Shown here: positions 11,647 to 26,300 of the stretch, piece by piece
Layout: the number at the start of each line of letters is the position of its first letter
How positions within the stretch are numbered: position 1 is the stretch's first letter
Assembly: GCF_001194135.2 (NCBI RefSeq)
Contig: NC_068982.1
Coordinates: 104,784,991-104,848,990 of the forward strand
DNA from: Octopus bimaculoides
Taxonomy: Eukaryota
DNA: 64,000 bases
Direction: 5' to 3'
Made by a program: the position numbers and the translations under genes
Notes under the pieces: generated by a model
The model's database searches: none
What the model saw: only the letters and a program-made list of their open reading frames with translations
What the model was told of the DNA's origin: nothing

Positions 11647-14600
11647 TACGACGGGCTTCTTCCAGTTTCCGTCTACCAAATCCACTCTCAAGGCTTTGGT
11701 TGGCCCGGGGCTATAGCAGAAGACACTTGCCCAAGGTGCCACGCAGTGGGACTGAACCCGGAACCATGTGGTTGGTAAGCAAGCTACTTACCACACAGCC
11801 ACTCCTACGCCTATTCTTGATTTTTTAAAAATATTTTTTATTTTTAGATGGGAATATTGTTTTCCTGTTATGCAAACTGTCAAATTTAGTCAGAACATCC
11901 TGTAAATAATGCTATGTATATCTTTGTTTTTTTAAATTTCATGTTAAAATTTATGAACAAATAATAGCATTGTTGGCTCTAAGTTTCCAACAGGCTAGTC
12001 ATTTGTTTAATGTATTTCTGATGGCAATGGTGATAAGGAGCATCTGTAAACTCTGTAGAAAGGATTTCATTCAGATAGCACAATTTTTTGCTGCTGTTAA
12101 CATCTCTTGGTGATAAATCTTGGTTAAAGATATGAATGCATACACATACATTGAACTTGTGTATAGTTTCTATCCACCAAATTCCATTCACAAGTTGGTC
12201 ATGGGTATGGTAGAAGACACTTGGTGAAGGTCCTGTGCAGTGGGACTCAGATTGGAAGCACATGGTAGCTAAGTGAAATTCTTAACCATATAGCCAGGTC
12301 TGTACCTTATTAAATAAGGATTCTGATGTGTCTACATGAGTGTCTTAGCTCAAACATGTTTTACAATCATTATCTTTTTGGAGGGACTAGCAGAAGGGCA
12401 GTAATATACTTTTAAAAGATATCTGCATGCATGATCTCAACATAATTGAATCAACACCAGAACATTGAAAAGTGTTGCCTCAGATAGGAACTGGAGACCT
12501 TGGGTGAACAAGGATTTCCTAAAGAAAGCAGCTGAAAAACCTTTTGGAAAAATCTCAGTCCTTGAAATAAACTAGTCATATCATCCATTTCCATGAAATA
12601 GAGCTGAGTGTGTCATCCCCATTGGAATTGTTTGAAGAATTTCATATTCCATATGTCATTTCAAAAGTGGTTAGTGTGTTAAAGAGAATTAACATTGTAG
12701 GTTAGAACTTTAATCTGCCGAGAAAGGCTCTGCCAAAAATGTAAGAATTCTTCTAGTACTCTGTGATTCATTTATTAACACAGGCTTGATTGATTATTAC
12801 CTACACAGACCACTAGTACTCTTCTCAAACTGTATTGTTTAACTACACACATAAATTTTATATGTAGTACTCTTTAAATGTATCTTGTGAAAGTGGAACA
12901 GTCATTTATTCTCTAGTTATTTCCAGTTAACACTTGTGACTGAGATACTGCAATATAAATGTGTATGTAAGTTCATATATTTATGTATGTGTGTATACAC
13001 ATATATACATACACATAAGTGGGGTGGTGCTGAAAAGTTCTTGGCTTTAGGTAAAAGAAAATACATGAGGATCAGTTAACATGATTTTATTCAACATTTT
13101 CCCCTTTCAGATTCACGCATTTATTGCAGTTTTTAATCTTTATTTTATTTTCTAAAATCAAGGATAGCCAAAGTAATGCTCTTTTCCCTATATAGAATCA
13201 GAACATGTAGTTTGTAAGCATCAATCTCTCAAAATAGATATCCTATACAAATGATTGCAAACTTGAAATGCATACTCCATCACTAACCCTATTCATTTGT
13301 TATTAAGCACTCACTTTCTTTAAAGATACATATCAATATGTGACATGTAATCTAGCCCTAGTCATTTCCTGATTTGTGCTGGTCTATTGTAAAGGATCTA
13401 TTGATCTTTTACAACGGGCCAGTACAGCTTGGCATTGGGTGTAGGCATCTTTATTACCTTCTGATTGAAGAATCAGAGATCCCATTTCATTAGTGATGCA
13501 CTTAACAAGACACTGCTTACTGCTTAAACTATTGAAATACATTCATTTGGTAATAGCTGAAAAGTTGTAGATATTGAAACTGGAATTAAAGTGCTAACAA
13601 GTGTTCAGAGGATCATGAATTCAATGTTGTTTCAGTATTATACCTCCAGGTAAACTGCACACTGTCACTACATATTTAAAAAAAAAACAAAAAGCAAATC
13701 ATGATTACTTTATCACTTTAAAGATGAATAGCACAAAGTGAAAAACCTTAATATTGCTACAAATACTGTGCCTAAATATCACTGAGGATCTCTTCTGATG
13801 AACATACATCATCATGGCCTAAACTGAATGACAAAGACTGGCCTTTCACTTGAGAGCCAGAAAATAGTTCACCTCCCAACTACGAACCCTCTACAAAACT
13901 CTGATGAGTGAGACCTACAATGTTATTCCAACACCAAGGGCAATGCTGCTGCTACCCCCTCTCCTAGACTATCCAAAGAAAGACTTCTAGATTGATTATT
14001 ATGAAGTCAATCATTGGCATATTCCATATCTGACATGTAGATATGCTATCTCTCTGCCTTTTCTAACAATAGTGCAATGGCCTCTACTTTTTGGAGCTGG
14101 TTTGTTTCATGTCACTCCCACTAAACTCCCTTGATTTACTCGTCTCTCTCTTTCTTATTACCCTTATTGTGTCCACTCTCTTAGTTCCCTATAAATCACT
14201 ATATCTGGTCCTACTACCTCTGTTTGTGTTTCACAGCCCTTCCCCCTGACAAAGATTTATGCCAAGGAAAATGTATGTGAAATAGTTACAGAAAGTCATT
14301 GATTGATTTTGGCCTTAATTGCATTGATTAAAAATACAATATTTATGTATCAGTAGGAATATATCACTGAACTAGTTTGGCATTGTTTTGCTAATGGTAT
14401 CATAAATCTATAATAATGATTCTACATTTGTGTTTGGCTCTTATATATAACCTAATATTTTATGAATATAACAATTTATGACAGCTTTCATAAACTATAC
14501 AACTAGGTACAGGTAAATGTGATTGTTAAATGCATTGAATGTGCATGACAATAAGATATCATTTTATTTATAGCATGGGGAAATAAAATTTCTGGGAATT

Positions 14601-17600
14601 TTATATCAAATTAAATTATATTTTTACCATTTATTTGGCTTAAAATCAAATATTTGTTGTTTCAGTTGGATTTGCAGCCAGATGACCGAGCCAAAGTCCT
14701 CAAATTGGATGTGGGTAAGTGAAAAATTGAGCAGCATCATGGTTTTTCTTTTACTGAAGATTTATGTGGCACAAACTTGTGGAAGCTACAGTTGCACTCA
14801 TATAGATATTTGACCTCATTTTTTTTTTTAAACTCCCCTCATATTGGCTGACTCTGCCACCTGATATTGGCATGGTTACAACCTGTAAACAATGTCAAAT
14901 TCATAGAACAATCTGGTTTGGAACAAAAAAAAAAAATTGATGTTGGTGTGATAAGGAAATGTGTTTCTCTAACAGTTGTATCCGCTGTTAGTTAGTGATT
15001 TTAGTTGTATTTGATATATTTATTTTACTCTATCAAAGTTGTTCAGGGTTTTCAGTATTTTTCACCCTCACTATTTATGTACCTCCTGCTAGCCATCATG
15101 CTCTCACATATATCCTCTAGTGCTGGTGCCATGAAAAACTCTACTCAATACACTCTGTAAAGTGGTTGGGATTAGGAAAGGCATACAGTTGTTGAAACTA
15201 AGCCAAAATGAGTAAGATTTGGTCTTCCTATCCTCTGGAAGTACAGCAATGACTCCTCCAGATCATGTCATCATGGAAAGTTGACTCAAAATTTTGGTGA
15301 TGACTTCTTGTTTTCATTGTTGCGGTAATAGGTGCATGATCACTGCTATTTTGTTGCAGTACACAAGCACGTATATGCCAACTTTATGTTAATTGTTAAT
15401 TTGTCTTCAGTAGAATACTCTGTATTTAGATTGTTTGAAAATTATTTAATTGGCAGAGGCATAGTACTGAGATTTTGTAGGCTTTCTTAGACTAATGAGA
15501 TCAAAATGGATTTTCAACTTGAGCTGTAGGGAAAACATGGCCAGGAATGTGGTTCTGGGGAATACGCATTTGGAAAAGTGAGGGGCTGGTTAATAGGTGG
15601 GCTTGAATAGTGATGTACAACTTCACTAGTTTAATGTTACAGAAACTGTTATAGTAAAAGTGGAAAATAAATAGTACATTTGCATAAAAATTAGTTGTGC
15701 ATTATTGAATGAATTTTTGCCAATAAACATGACTTTTCTTTTAAAATCCAAAATGGGCTCTAGGATGTTTGTGTGTGCATTGTTGCAACAATGTAATTTC
15801 AGATGTATGAGTGGTCATATTTGTGTTTTGATATTGTTTAGTATGTTTGATTGGTGAAGTTGTAGATACCAATCTGGAAATATCTTGGCAGGATAATTGT
15901 AACATAGATAGGTTTTGATTTTTTGCCAGTCAGTTAAAATGATGCTTATAACAAGAAACTAATTGATGTACTTCACTGATGCAAAAAAATTTTTAAGCCA
16001 TACAAAAATGTTACCTTTAACACACTGCAACAGTTTAGTTTTTTACTGTTTACTGTTGAAATTGATACTCTGTTATGTACCACAAATTGAGTGATTGGTG
16101 AAATACATGCTTCATGTAAATATCTTCAAATTTTTCAGCTAAATTTTTGGTGTTAAATTTTCTTTATAACATTTGTTCAGTTCAAGTTGTAGTGAAAGAG
16201 CTGTCTTTTAGGAACCATTTGCAAGTTCTGAAGACAAAATGAACTGGGAATCCTGTTGGCATTGTATTTTTATATAACAAATTTTCTAATGGATTTGTGT
16301 GTGCATGCATTTGTATGTGTGTCTGCAAATCTGTTTTTAAAAAATTAAGAATTTTTTTCTACAGCTTTGAAAAAATATTTTTGTTAGAATGAAAATCAGT
16401 TTGTGAACTGAGAAGTAGATCATATTGAAGGATTAGTATTTGTGTTCTTTAGCTATGGCAGTTGGAGGTTTAGCACTTAATAACTTGATTATGAGTTTGT
16501 TAGTGTCAACGGATTTCTTTATATTTTTGAATTAAAATTTGAGAAACCTTTTATTTTGTGTTGATTCAGTTTTATCAGTCAAATTTTCCTCAGATGTGGA
16601 ATACAACTATTATCGGAGCGAATTTTCTTAGATTACATCAACATCAGTGTTTTAAAATAACTCCCATACATTTGCAGCATTAAAAAGATGTTAAATAAAA
16701 AATAAAAATCCACACTATTTCTTGCAATAATTTGCATATGGGGATGAAAAGGAGCTAAACATGTTGATATATGTAAATTAGTTTTTGGCTTTTATAATAT
16801 TTTTCAGGTGATGAGATGCTGGCGTCTTTTGAGTAGGTCATCTTCATATCTTTCCCTTACAACCAATCAAGTACCAGCTTCTCATATCTATCTCTTTCTT
16901 TTTTCTCTCTATATTTGCAGCACTGAAAACACAAGGTCTCAAGGAGACCCAAACCTTGTACCTCAGTCTCAGACACCAGTTGCTGATGTAAGAGGAATGA
17001 TTCAGCCGAACCATCTGCTTTTGGCAGCATTATTGCAAATCTTTATTATGATATGGTTTATCTATATTTTAAAACATGTTAGTCTAGGACAGAACAGAAA
17101 TATGTTTATTTGATCAAATTTCTTCTGGAATAATTTTAAACCTAAAATCTTTACATTGCTGAAATATAAAATTTATTTAATTCATATCAATCAAGATCCT
17201 TATCTTGAAATATTTTGAGAAAATTTAGCTACTGCTTAATTTTAGCAGTAAACGCAAAAGATTTTGACTCTTTATTTTATTGAACTGCCTGGTACTTAAT
17301 GTTTAAATGCCACTTTTACATCAGCAACATATGCTGTACAGCAGACACTGTCAGTATGCAAGTAATATACAGTATCAGCAGTTAGTCTTCTTAAGCACAC
17401 AGCTTGGTCATATTTACATTGATTGGCTCAGTAAGTGTTGTGTGACAATTTTTGAAATCTTGTTGTAAAGGTGGATTATTTTATTCCTACAGTTCGTTAG
17501 CAGATATTGTTTATTAAAGAGTCTTTAGATTTTCATACTTAGATATCTAGTCTTGATTGACTTTCAAGCAATAGTTTTGCTTGTGTATCAGTAATGTTGC

Positions 17601-18440
17601 CGATTGTTCACTTGATCCAATCAGCTCTGATCTGCATTATCATGATTATAAGAGAGGATTTGATGTCTACTAGATTAAATATAGTTTTCCAAATTTTAGT
17701 GTATTTCTTTAAAAATAAATCTATCAAACCGTGTGGTTTATTCTGATTATTGGTAGCAAAAGTTTCAAGTTTGGGATTAGTAATTATAACAGATTCCATA
17801 ATAAATTTGCTATCCTTTGATTTATAATGGAATTAGATAGCTTCAGTTATAGCAAAGAGTTTCAATAATCACTAATTAGTCATAACTTAAAGAAAAATAG
17901 ATTATGGAAATGAGTATACCAATAGTTACAAACACAAAGTACATTAGTTCATCACTGCAGATAGATGCTGAGGCTTTTATGGTTTAAATCTTTGTAGGTT
18001 TTTTTATGCTGCAGCAAGTTGGCTTTATGTAATGTGAAATGATCTACAATAATAATGGCTGGTGAAACTGAAAATCTAATTAATCATACACGTGTACATA
18101 GCACACACGCGCGCACACACACACACACACAATACATACACATTTGATGATTGCTCTAGAACACTTAAAAAAATAATGTAACATTTTTTAAAGTTTTAAA
18201 TTATATATTATACACACACATACATGCACATATGCACAAATAAATGTGCATGTGTGTGTGTGTGTGTATATATATGCACACACGCACACAACTCGTGTTG
18301 CATATTTTCCTCTGTTTCATGATTTGTCCCAGAAAACATTGGTTAAGAAACTGAATAATTTTATCAAAAATGAGTACTGACTTATTACTGGGTTACTAAT
18401 CTGTGTATTTTGTTGGTGTGTGTCTGTGTGTGTATGTGTA

Positions 18441-18534
<94 letters not shown>

Positions 18535-20312
18535 TGTGTGTATATACACGTGTATTGTGTAAGGAAAAGAAGCTATTTGGTTTAGACGTAGCTTTATGTA
18601 TATATGTTGCCTATCCTGTATCTGTTATTTATATCTAAATTGCATCTGAAAAAAGTAATTCTTTGCTTTTCTATTTCATATTGGATTTGAACGCCATAAT
18701 TTTTTATGTAGAGTAAAACAATATAAAGAGAAGAAACTACTATTGTATCCCATCACTCAACAATTCCGTGTCTCACAGACAAAAAGAACTATGTTCATTT
18801 ATGTTTTTGTGCTTCACCTAAGATATCCCTGAAGCATATAAATATAGTTACTCATGTATTCTGGTCAAACACCACTGAAAAAGAAAAGCAACAGCATCAG
18901 TTAAAACAAATTTTTCATAACTGGGTTTTCAGCCTTTGGGGATATAATTCTTAAAAAGTAACAGTTGAAATTGTGTGACTTAAATTTTGATTTCTCTATT
19001 GTCTTTTTAACAGAGTTTCTACATTTTCTTTGCTAATCAGTTGTTGGGTTGTTTTCTTTCCAGTTCCAATTTCCTGTATTGAGTATGAAATCCAGCTTCT
19101 AATAGGAAGGATGATATTTTTGAAATATTTTTCATAAGTTTTACTAAAATGAAACAATATCACATTCACTTTCTAGCCTTTTGGTCTAGTTTCAGCTACT
19201 TTGAAAGGATGTCTGTATTATTTAGAACTTTCATTGAATTAGTTTAAGGTACTCTAGTATTTTTAATGGTTAAAATCCCAGTACTAGTTAAGTATTTTTT
19301 TTCTTTTTTTTTTTTGTTCCTGAAACTGCTTTAATGCTGGTCTATGCTTGTCTGAAAGAGTTGACAAAAATAGTGTAGTTGTTCATGAATGAATTTTAAC
19401 ATATCAGAATTATGGAATGATTTGATTGTTTGAACACATCTTCAATCATTTCTCATTAATTAGATCATATACATGACCTTGAACATTGAAAAACTTTAAA
19501 AATCTCCATGTGTGTGTATATATAGATATGCATATATATATCTATATATGTTCATGTGTATATATTTAAATATAGTGGTGGTATGTGTATGGCAGAATTG
19601 GTAAAGCATCAAACAAAATACTTTGAGGTATTTGGAATATGCTCCAAGTACAGATCTTCCCAGACTCATTTTGCTCTTCACTTTTCCAAGGTCGATGAAA
19701 TAAGCATTGGGATTGATGCAGTCACCTCAGCATGACCATATATAATCAAGGAGGCAGTATTTTCAAACCACTTAGTAGCTTAATAGAGAACTATTTTGGA
19801 AAAAACAGTAATAAAGGAACGAAGCTAGCAAGATTGTAGATGTAAGAGTCTGGCTTGAGGATTAGTTTGTTTCCTCAATGCTTATGTGCAATGTATGTTT
19901 TACTTTAAAGGGAATCATCATTCTTTTATGTCCACTTTCTCGTGCTTGCATAAGTTGGATGGAATTTGTGGTAGATTTTCTCTGGTTGGGTGCCCTACCT
20001 GTCGCCAACACTCATTTGTTTCCAGGTAAGGTAATATTTCTTCCTGGCTAGATGTGTTTTTACAGAATATTGGACATGAAAGACACTGCTTGACAGTGAC
20101 AACTATTACAATGTCAAGACAACACATGTATTACATTCATGCACATGTATATATACATGACTGGTTTCTTTGTAAGTTTTCCAAATCCATTCACAAGGCT
20201 TTGAGCAACCTGGGCCTATAATGGAAGACATCCTAGTTGTCATGCAGTGTCATGCACCTTTGACCATGTGATTGGGAAGCAAATTCCTCAACTGAAAATG
20301 TGTGTGCGTATG

Positions 20313-20346
<34 letters not shown>

Positions 20347-23300
20347 GCTCATTATCATCTTTAACATCAGCTTTTCCATGTTTGCATGACATAAGCATGA
20401 CTTTTGTAGTTTAGAAGGTTGCTCCCCAACCATTTGGTCTCAGGTTCAGTTCTGCTATGCAGGACCTTGGACAAGTGTCTTCTATATATGTATGTGTGCA
20501 TACCCTTGTCTTGACATTATGTGATGATTGTAAATGAGCATTCCTCTCATACAAGCAATGTTGTTTGTTTCCAATCTTCTGTAAAAAGCATGTCTGACCA
20601 TGAGGAAATATTAACTTGTTTAGAAATAGTTGAAGGTTGTTGACAAGAAGAGTGTCCAGCTCCTTCAACAAATTCCATCTGACCCAAACAAGCATGGAAA
20701 ATTTGACATCATGTGATGATGATTGTGTGTGTAGCACATATAGAATATGCATATAGGTATAGATACATGTACGCATATTTGGATACATACATATGTGGGG
20801 TCGGTTATGTGTGTTCTATAATACTTTTGTTTACCTTATAACAATTTTAAAATAATTTTTGTACATTTTTTTTTATTCATATCAGGTACATTCCAGTTCC
20901 TGGTAGCTGTTAAGTCTTATCACCCACATTGTTTTATAATAGTATTGAAATATTTCATCAATGTTTTCTTTCTGTTTGTTTTTCAGTGAGCTGAAATTGA
21001 TCTCTAAATATTGTCATATCCATTGTTAGTCTGTGTTATTCAGTTGTCAGTAACCAAGATGTTTACTTATATGGATGTTTAGAGACACAGTACATGGATA
21101 TTTTTCTACCACTATAGATTTTAGGTTTCCTTCATCCGACCTTGACATTATCAAACTATTCTGTCAAAATTTTGTTTTGATGGGAGACTACAAAACAATC
21201 TGTTGTAACTAACACTGTGTAAAGCCAACATATTGGTGCTGTTGATGCGAAACTGTCTTGCGTTGCATTAGCTGGTTCAGTTCACTTCACATTTAGTGGA
21301 CTATTTTTTGAATACCCTAAGAATCCAAATCTAATAAAATCGATTTAATCTCTCTTAAAAATTTAAGTAGCTAGTAATTTAGTTTAATCTAACCCAGTTA
21401 AAATACATATTGATCATGGTGGGTGCAAGTATGATTTATGTCAAAATTATTTCTCAAACAGTCTGAAAACAAATTGTTTTCCAGTTCTCAGTTAACTTTG
21501 TTGTTCCAAGTGGGTCTCATTGATAACTGAATTATCTGTGAACAGATTGAGTGTTCCTGGACATGAAAATTTTTCGTAACTTTCTTTTTTTAATTGCATC
21601 TCTTAAATGATAGAATATTTTCGGTTAAATTGTATTAAAANNNNNNNNNNNNNNNNNNNNNTATATATATATATATATATATATTTATGAAACTTGTCTT
21701 CATGTTCATTTCAATGGTTATTGAGAAATAAGATGTTTATCTTGTTAGACAATTTTCTAACTGTAAAATATGATGCTGCTTTTTTTATGGTGTGAAATGT
21801 ATTTTATGGATAGTGCGCTTATCTATCTTTTAAGGCTACATTTTCATGGTGTTCTTTATTATTAATCCTTTTAGACTGATTAGTTAAAATTTTAAAGCTG
21901 ATATATTGATATTCATTTCCCTCTACTAATATGTCTATGGTGGAGCAATATTCTTATTTCCTTTTCTTGGTTGTTTTATATACGATATTTATGTTTTTAT
22001 TTAGCTTCCCAGTAAGTTCCTTTCAGTATTTATTGAAGTCCTTTGCATCTTCCCTTTGTAATTCTTAGAAATTTGTAAGATCTAAGCTTATCTCACTCTC
22101 CAGTACCTTACTCTTTTTTTCCCATATATATCTTTTTTTCAAGTTTCTTCATTTATATTAACATTCTTGTCTATCGTATTAAGGGAATCGTAAAACTTTG
22201 TTATTGGAAATAGCTGAATGAATTTTAATAACATCAATTGAGCATATGAGGTTATCAATTTGAAGATAGTTTGATTTCGTATGCGATAGGGCACACCATT
22301 AGTTATAGATTATAGCCAATTTAGTGAATATTCTAAGTTAACATTATAAATTCATCACAGGCTCTACAGTTGATAAGTCTTAATAGTTGCCAAGTGCATA
22401 TAACTCTTTAGATGGAAATCAAAGATAAAATACTATCGGTTATGGAATAATCTTCGGGACTAATCGATCCGTTCTTAAAAATAGTTAATTATTTTGACTC
22501 ATTCTCTATTCTGCACACTGAGAACCATTCTGCTACACTACCCTGCATATAGTGGCTTTTCCTGAGCTAATAACTTTTGTAGCTTATTCTCTAATAACTT
22601 TTGTAGATTACAAGCGAGTATGTTGAGATAAAACTATAGATTTATATGAAAAGTATCAGTTTTAAGCATGTCAGCCTGTTCTTTGCAGATTTTGTGTTTC
22701 TAATCAGACATCATTTATCTAGGTTCAATACTGATAATGTTTTGATGCTCAACACAAAGTTCAGATCTGATTAGATTTTTTTTTTATCTCTTGATTCTAT
22801 AATTGCTGTTCTATCAATATTCATTTGATGAAATCTGGCAAAGATTTTCAAAATTATACTTTGAATGCATTTCAGTAATTTTAATTATTTGATTTCTTTT
22901 TTTAGATTTTAGTTATGCAATTAACTGTTGCAAAAAATTATATTTGTCTACTTTAGTGCGATAGTTGGAATTAAGTGTTAAGCTGGGCACTTGGGATTCT
23001 GATTTTAATTATTATTTAGAATTTTAACGATTTTCTTTTGATCTGAAGGAAGTGGCTGTGCCTATTGCCCTTCTAGATTTTCTGAGCCCAATGAGATTGA
23101 GACATTGAATGAGGATTGTTGGAAAAACATGGGCAGGGAGGGAGTTTCAGAAGGTTCACATTTCGAGGAAGGACTGGGGTTAGTGTAGGCTTGGGGAGTG
23201 GTGTGACAATATGAGTAATGGGAGACGAGTCAGCAATACCAGAGCAGAAGTGACATGAGACCAAGAAGTTCTGAATAGTAGAATCCACTGTAGTAGTGGC

Positions 23301-26300
23301 AGAAAGGGCGACAGTATTTGTGTCAGAAGTTGGACTGCATTGTGAACAACTTAGTAACTAATCAATGTGATGTACTTACTTTGGATGCAATCTAGGATGT
23401 TTCTATGTATAGCAGCAGCAGTAGTGTTATAGATGTAGGGGCAGTACTCTTTTGTTGGGTTGCTTTGAACTTTATAGAGGGCTCATAGTTGTTTGGAGCT
23501 GAAATATTTCACTAAAGAGATAAAAACTAAAGTAAGGACTTTGTAGAACAACTTGATAAAATTTAATATTGTTTCAGCATTTAATAATTAACAGAAAGTG
23601 CTAGCTGGTTTATTGTTTTGGTTGGATGTTATTTCTTTGTTATATATTTCAAAACCTAAATATATATTGAATTTATGTTTCCTTTTGGAATTGAACCTTA
23701 CAATCTGTATAAAGCCAGGTACTGACTTGTAACTTTGTACATGGCAAAGAATGTGGGGAAGTGGATAGTTGGTTGAATTATTTATCAACTCCATAGCATT
23801 GAAGTTCAATGTTGATTACTGTAGGATTTAATGTTCAAACTCATTACAGTTATTCTCTCGTATGTTTCATACAAGTTTATTTGTATTATTTTATCTAATG
23901 AATTTGAGTTAGTTTCAGTACTATTTTTTATCTTTCAGGCAACACACACTCACACATGCACTCACTGTGATCCTGTGCTGAGAAAATTTTCAATTCTTTA
24001 TTTTCTTTTTTTTTTTTCTTTTCAAATCTACAAGCATTTTCTGTTTTTTTTTTCTTTTTTTCTTTTAAATCTTTTTTAGTGAAATGTGTATGTCGAATAC
24101 CTGTTGCCTTCACCTCCAGCCATAGCAGATTTTGAATATACATTTATGTTGGTCCTTCTCAACTCTTTTCAATGCTTGTCAATAGGTTTCAAAGCACGCT
24201 GACTTTCATGCTATTCTTCATTAAGATATTCATAAAAATAGCTTGCTTGTGCAGGTTTTATGTTTTTACAAACAGTAAACTATCTTAGGTCATGACTGAC
24301 CAGAGCTACATAAGCTGTCTTGAACTGTATTATTTTATAATTATTATAATGAAAAAAAAAAAAAAAGCCATAAGAGATAATTAGTGAAATTTCTCCCAAC
24401 TATGCATATAGCAAAATAAATCCCCCCTTCATTCTTTGTGAATTTTAAGCAGGTAATTTTTGTTAAATTGATTACTGTACTTAGTTTTGAATATTATATT
24501 TACTTTTATTTTAAAATTCTAAATTATTTCTGAAATTTAGAAAGTATCTACTCAATTTTTTGGATGTGGTATCTTTAGAAGAAAGCTTCACTGGATGTAA
24601 TAAAAATCTGCTTCAGTGCCTTCAGGAAGCTGGTGGAGTTTAGTAGTATTGTAGCTTGTGTTGTGGATATGTACTTGGGTGGGGTATGAAAAATTAAGCT
24701 AATAGTGATGTGAAATCTAGTATAGAAAATGTGATAAAAATTAGGGAATTGTATCAAAGGATAACCTTTTCTGCTGTAATAAATATTCTCAAACCAGATA
24801 TAAATTAAAGGTAGCTAAGTTGCTGAATTGAGGCCTTTCGGATTTAATTTATGGAATGATGAAATAAAGTATTAAACTAGATAAAAGTCTAATAATCACA
24901 AATAAGAAATGTGTAATTGATGAAGTTGTTGGGAGATTTTATTCTGAAAGATAGTAACATATAGTAGAAATCTTTTGCACATTTTAAAGACCAATCTAAT
25001 ATTTACAGCAAGTTTGTGGTTGGAGTGCAACACTTCCTTAACAGAAAATTACATATTAAACATTTGAAGTGACTGAAAGAAGGCAATGTTTTATACATGA
25101 GTGACACTATGGAAATATCACAAACCACCTAGATAAGCTGCTATCTAATTAAATGGTTAGATAAATTTAACCCTTTAACTGTGAAATTACATTTCATGAT
25201 TATTCCATTAATGAGGATAGATATCTACCCCAAAATAGAAGTGGTATTTTGTGTAAGTCAATGTGGCCTCAATAGACTTAACTATCTCAACAAAAATAGT
25301 TTCAAGCATGACATTCTCAACAAAAGATAGACTAATGTATAAAACTGCTTTCTGCAGTTAAGAGTAACAAAATTTTGAGTGGATATATCTTATAGCTGCA
25401 GTAAAGGGGTTAATGCTAAATTTGTTTAGTTAATGAGAATAACTGAAATGTGATCAGGTGGAGTGGGTGGGTAAGTCTTGAAGATTCTTTTGAATATTGT
25501 AGATAAAGCTCATAAAGAGTTAGCTTGACAAATAGCTAAAACTAATATGATATATATTTTATTACTATGGGAGATAAAAGGGAGAGCAGTTTGAAATCTA
25601 TGGAATGTAGATGGTTCTGATAAGCTAAGGTTAGATTTGGTATTTTACCTTTGAGACAAGTATATGCTCTAGGCTTTATGGTAAATGAGAGCAAAGTTTG
25701 GTAGACATAGAATTTCAATTAAAATAGGCTGTGTAGTTAAGTTAGCTTCTCAACTGTGTGATTTTGGTTTTGAGCCCACTTTGTGACATCTTGGCTTGAC
25801 CAATGTCTTGTCAGTAAAATTTAGTAGATAGAATCTGTATGTAAGCTCGAGTGTTTGTGTGTATGTTTCTCTGGATTTTTTTTTCCAGCATTCAAGTTGG
25901 CTACTAACAAAGAAACAAGGCTCTTAAGACAGCCCTTGGTGTTTGAGGATATGTGATTTAGTGCGTATGTGTGTGTGTGTGTATGTATATATGTAAGTGC
26001 ATGGGTGATTATATATATATACACATGTATATAAATGTGTGTGCGATTCGTGTATTTGTCATTTAATGTTGGTTTTCCATCCTGGCCTGAGTTTGATGGT
26101 TCAACAGGATCTGACAAGTTGAAGGACTGCATCATGTTCCAATTAGTGCTTTGGCAGATATTGGAGCATGACACAGGCTGGATGACCTTAATGCTAATCA
26201 CTATAGAATGTACTGGGTGATTTTTTTGTGGCATTTGCACTAGTTTGCCTTGTATCTTGCAAGACTAAGAGCCAAAAGTGTCCTCTGTAACTAAGGGAGA

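Noticed and set aside
13795-13920. Other CTGATGA/CTGAAGA hammerhead-like cores (also near 709, 4223, 6526 and 62004)
   Set aside because: None is followed by a closable stem II plus GAAA and a stem III/NUH arrangement.
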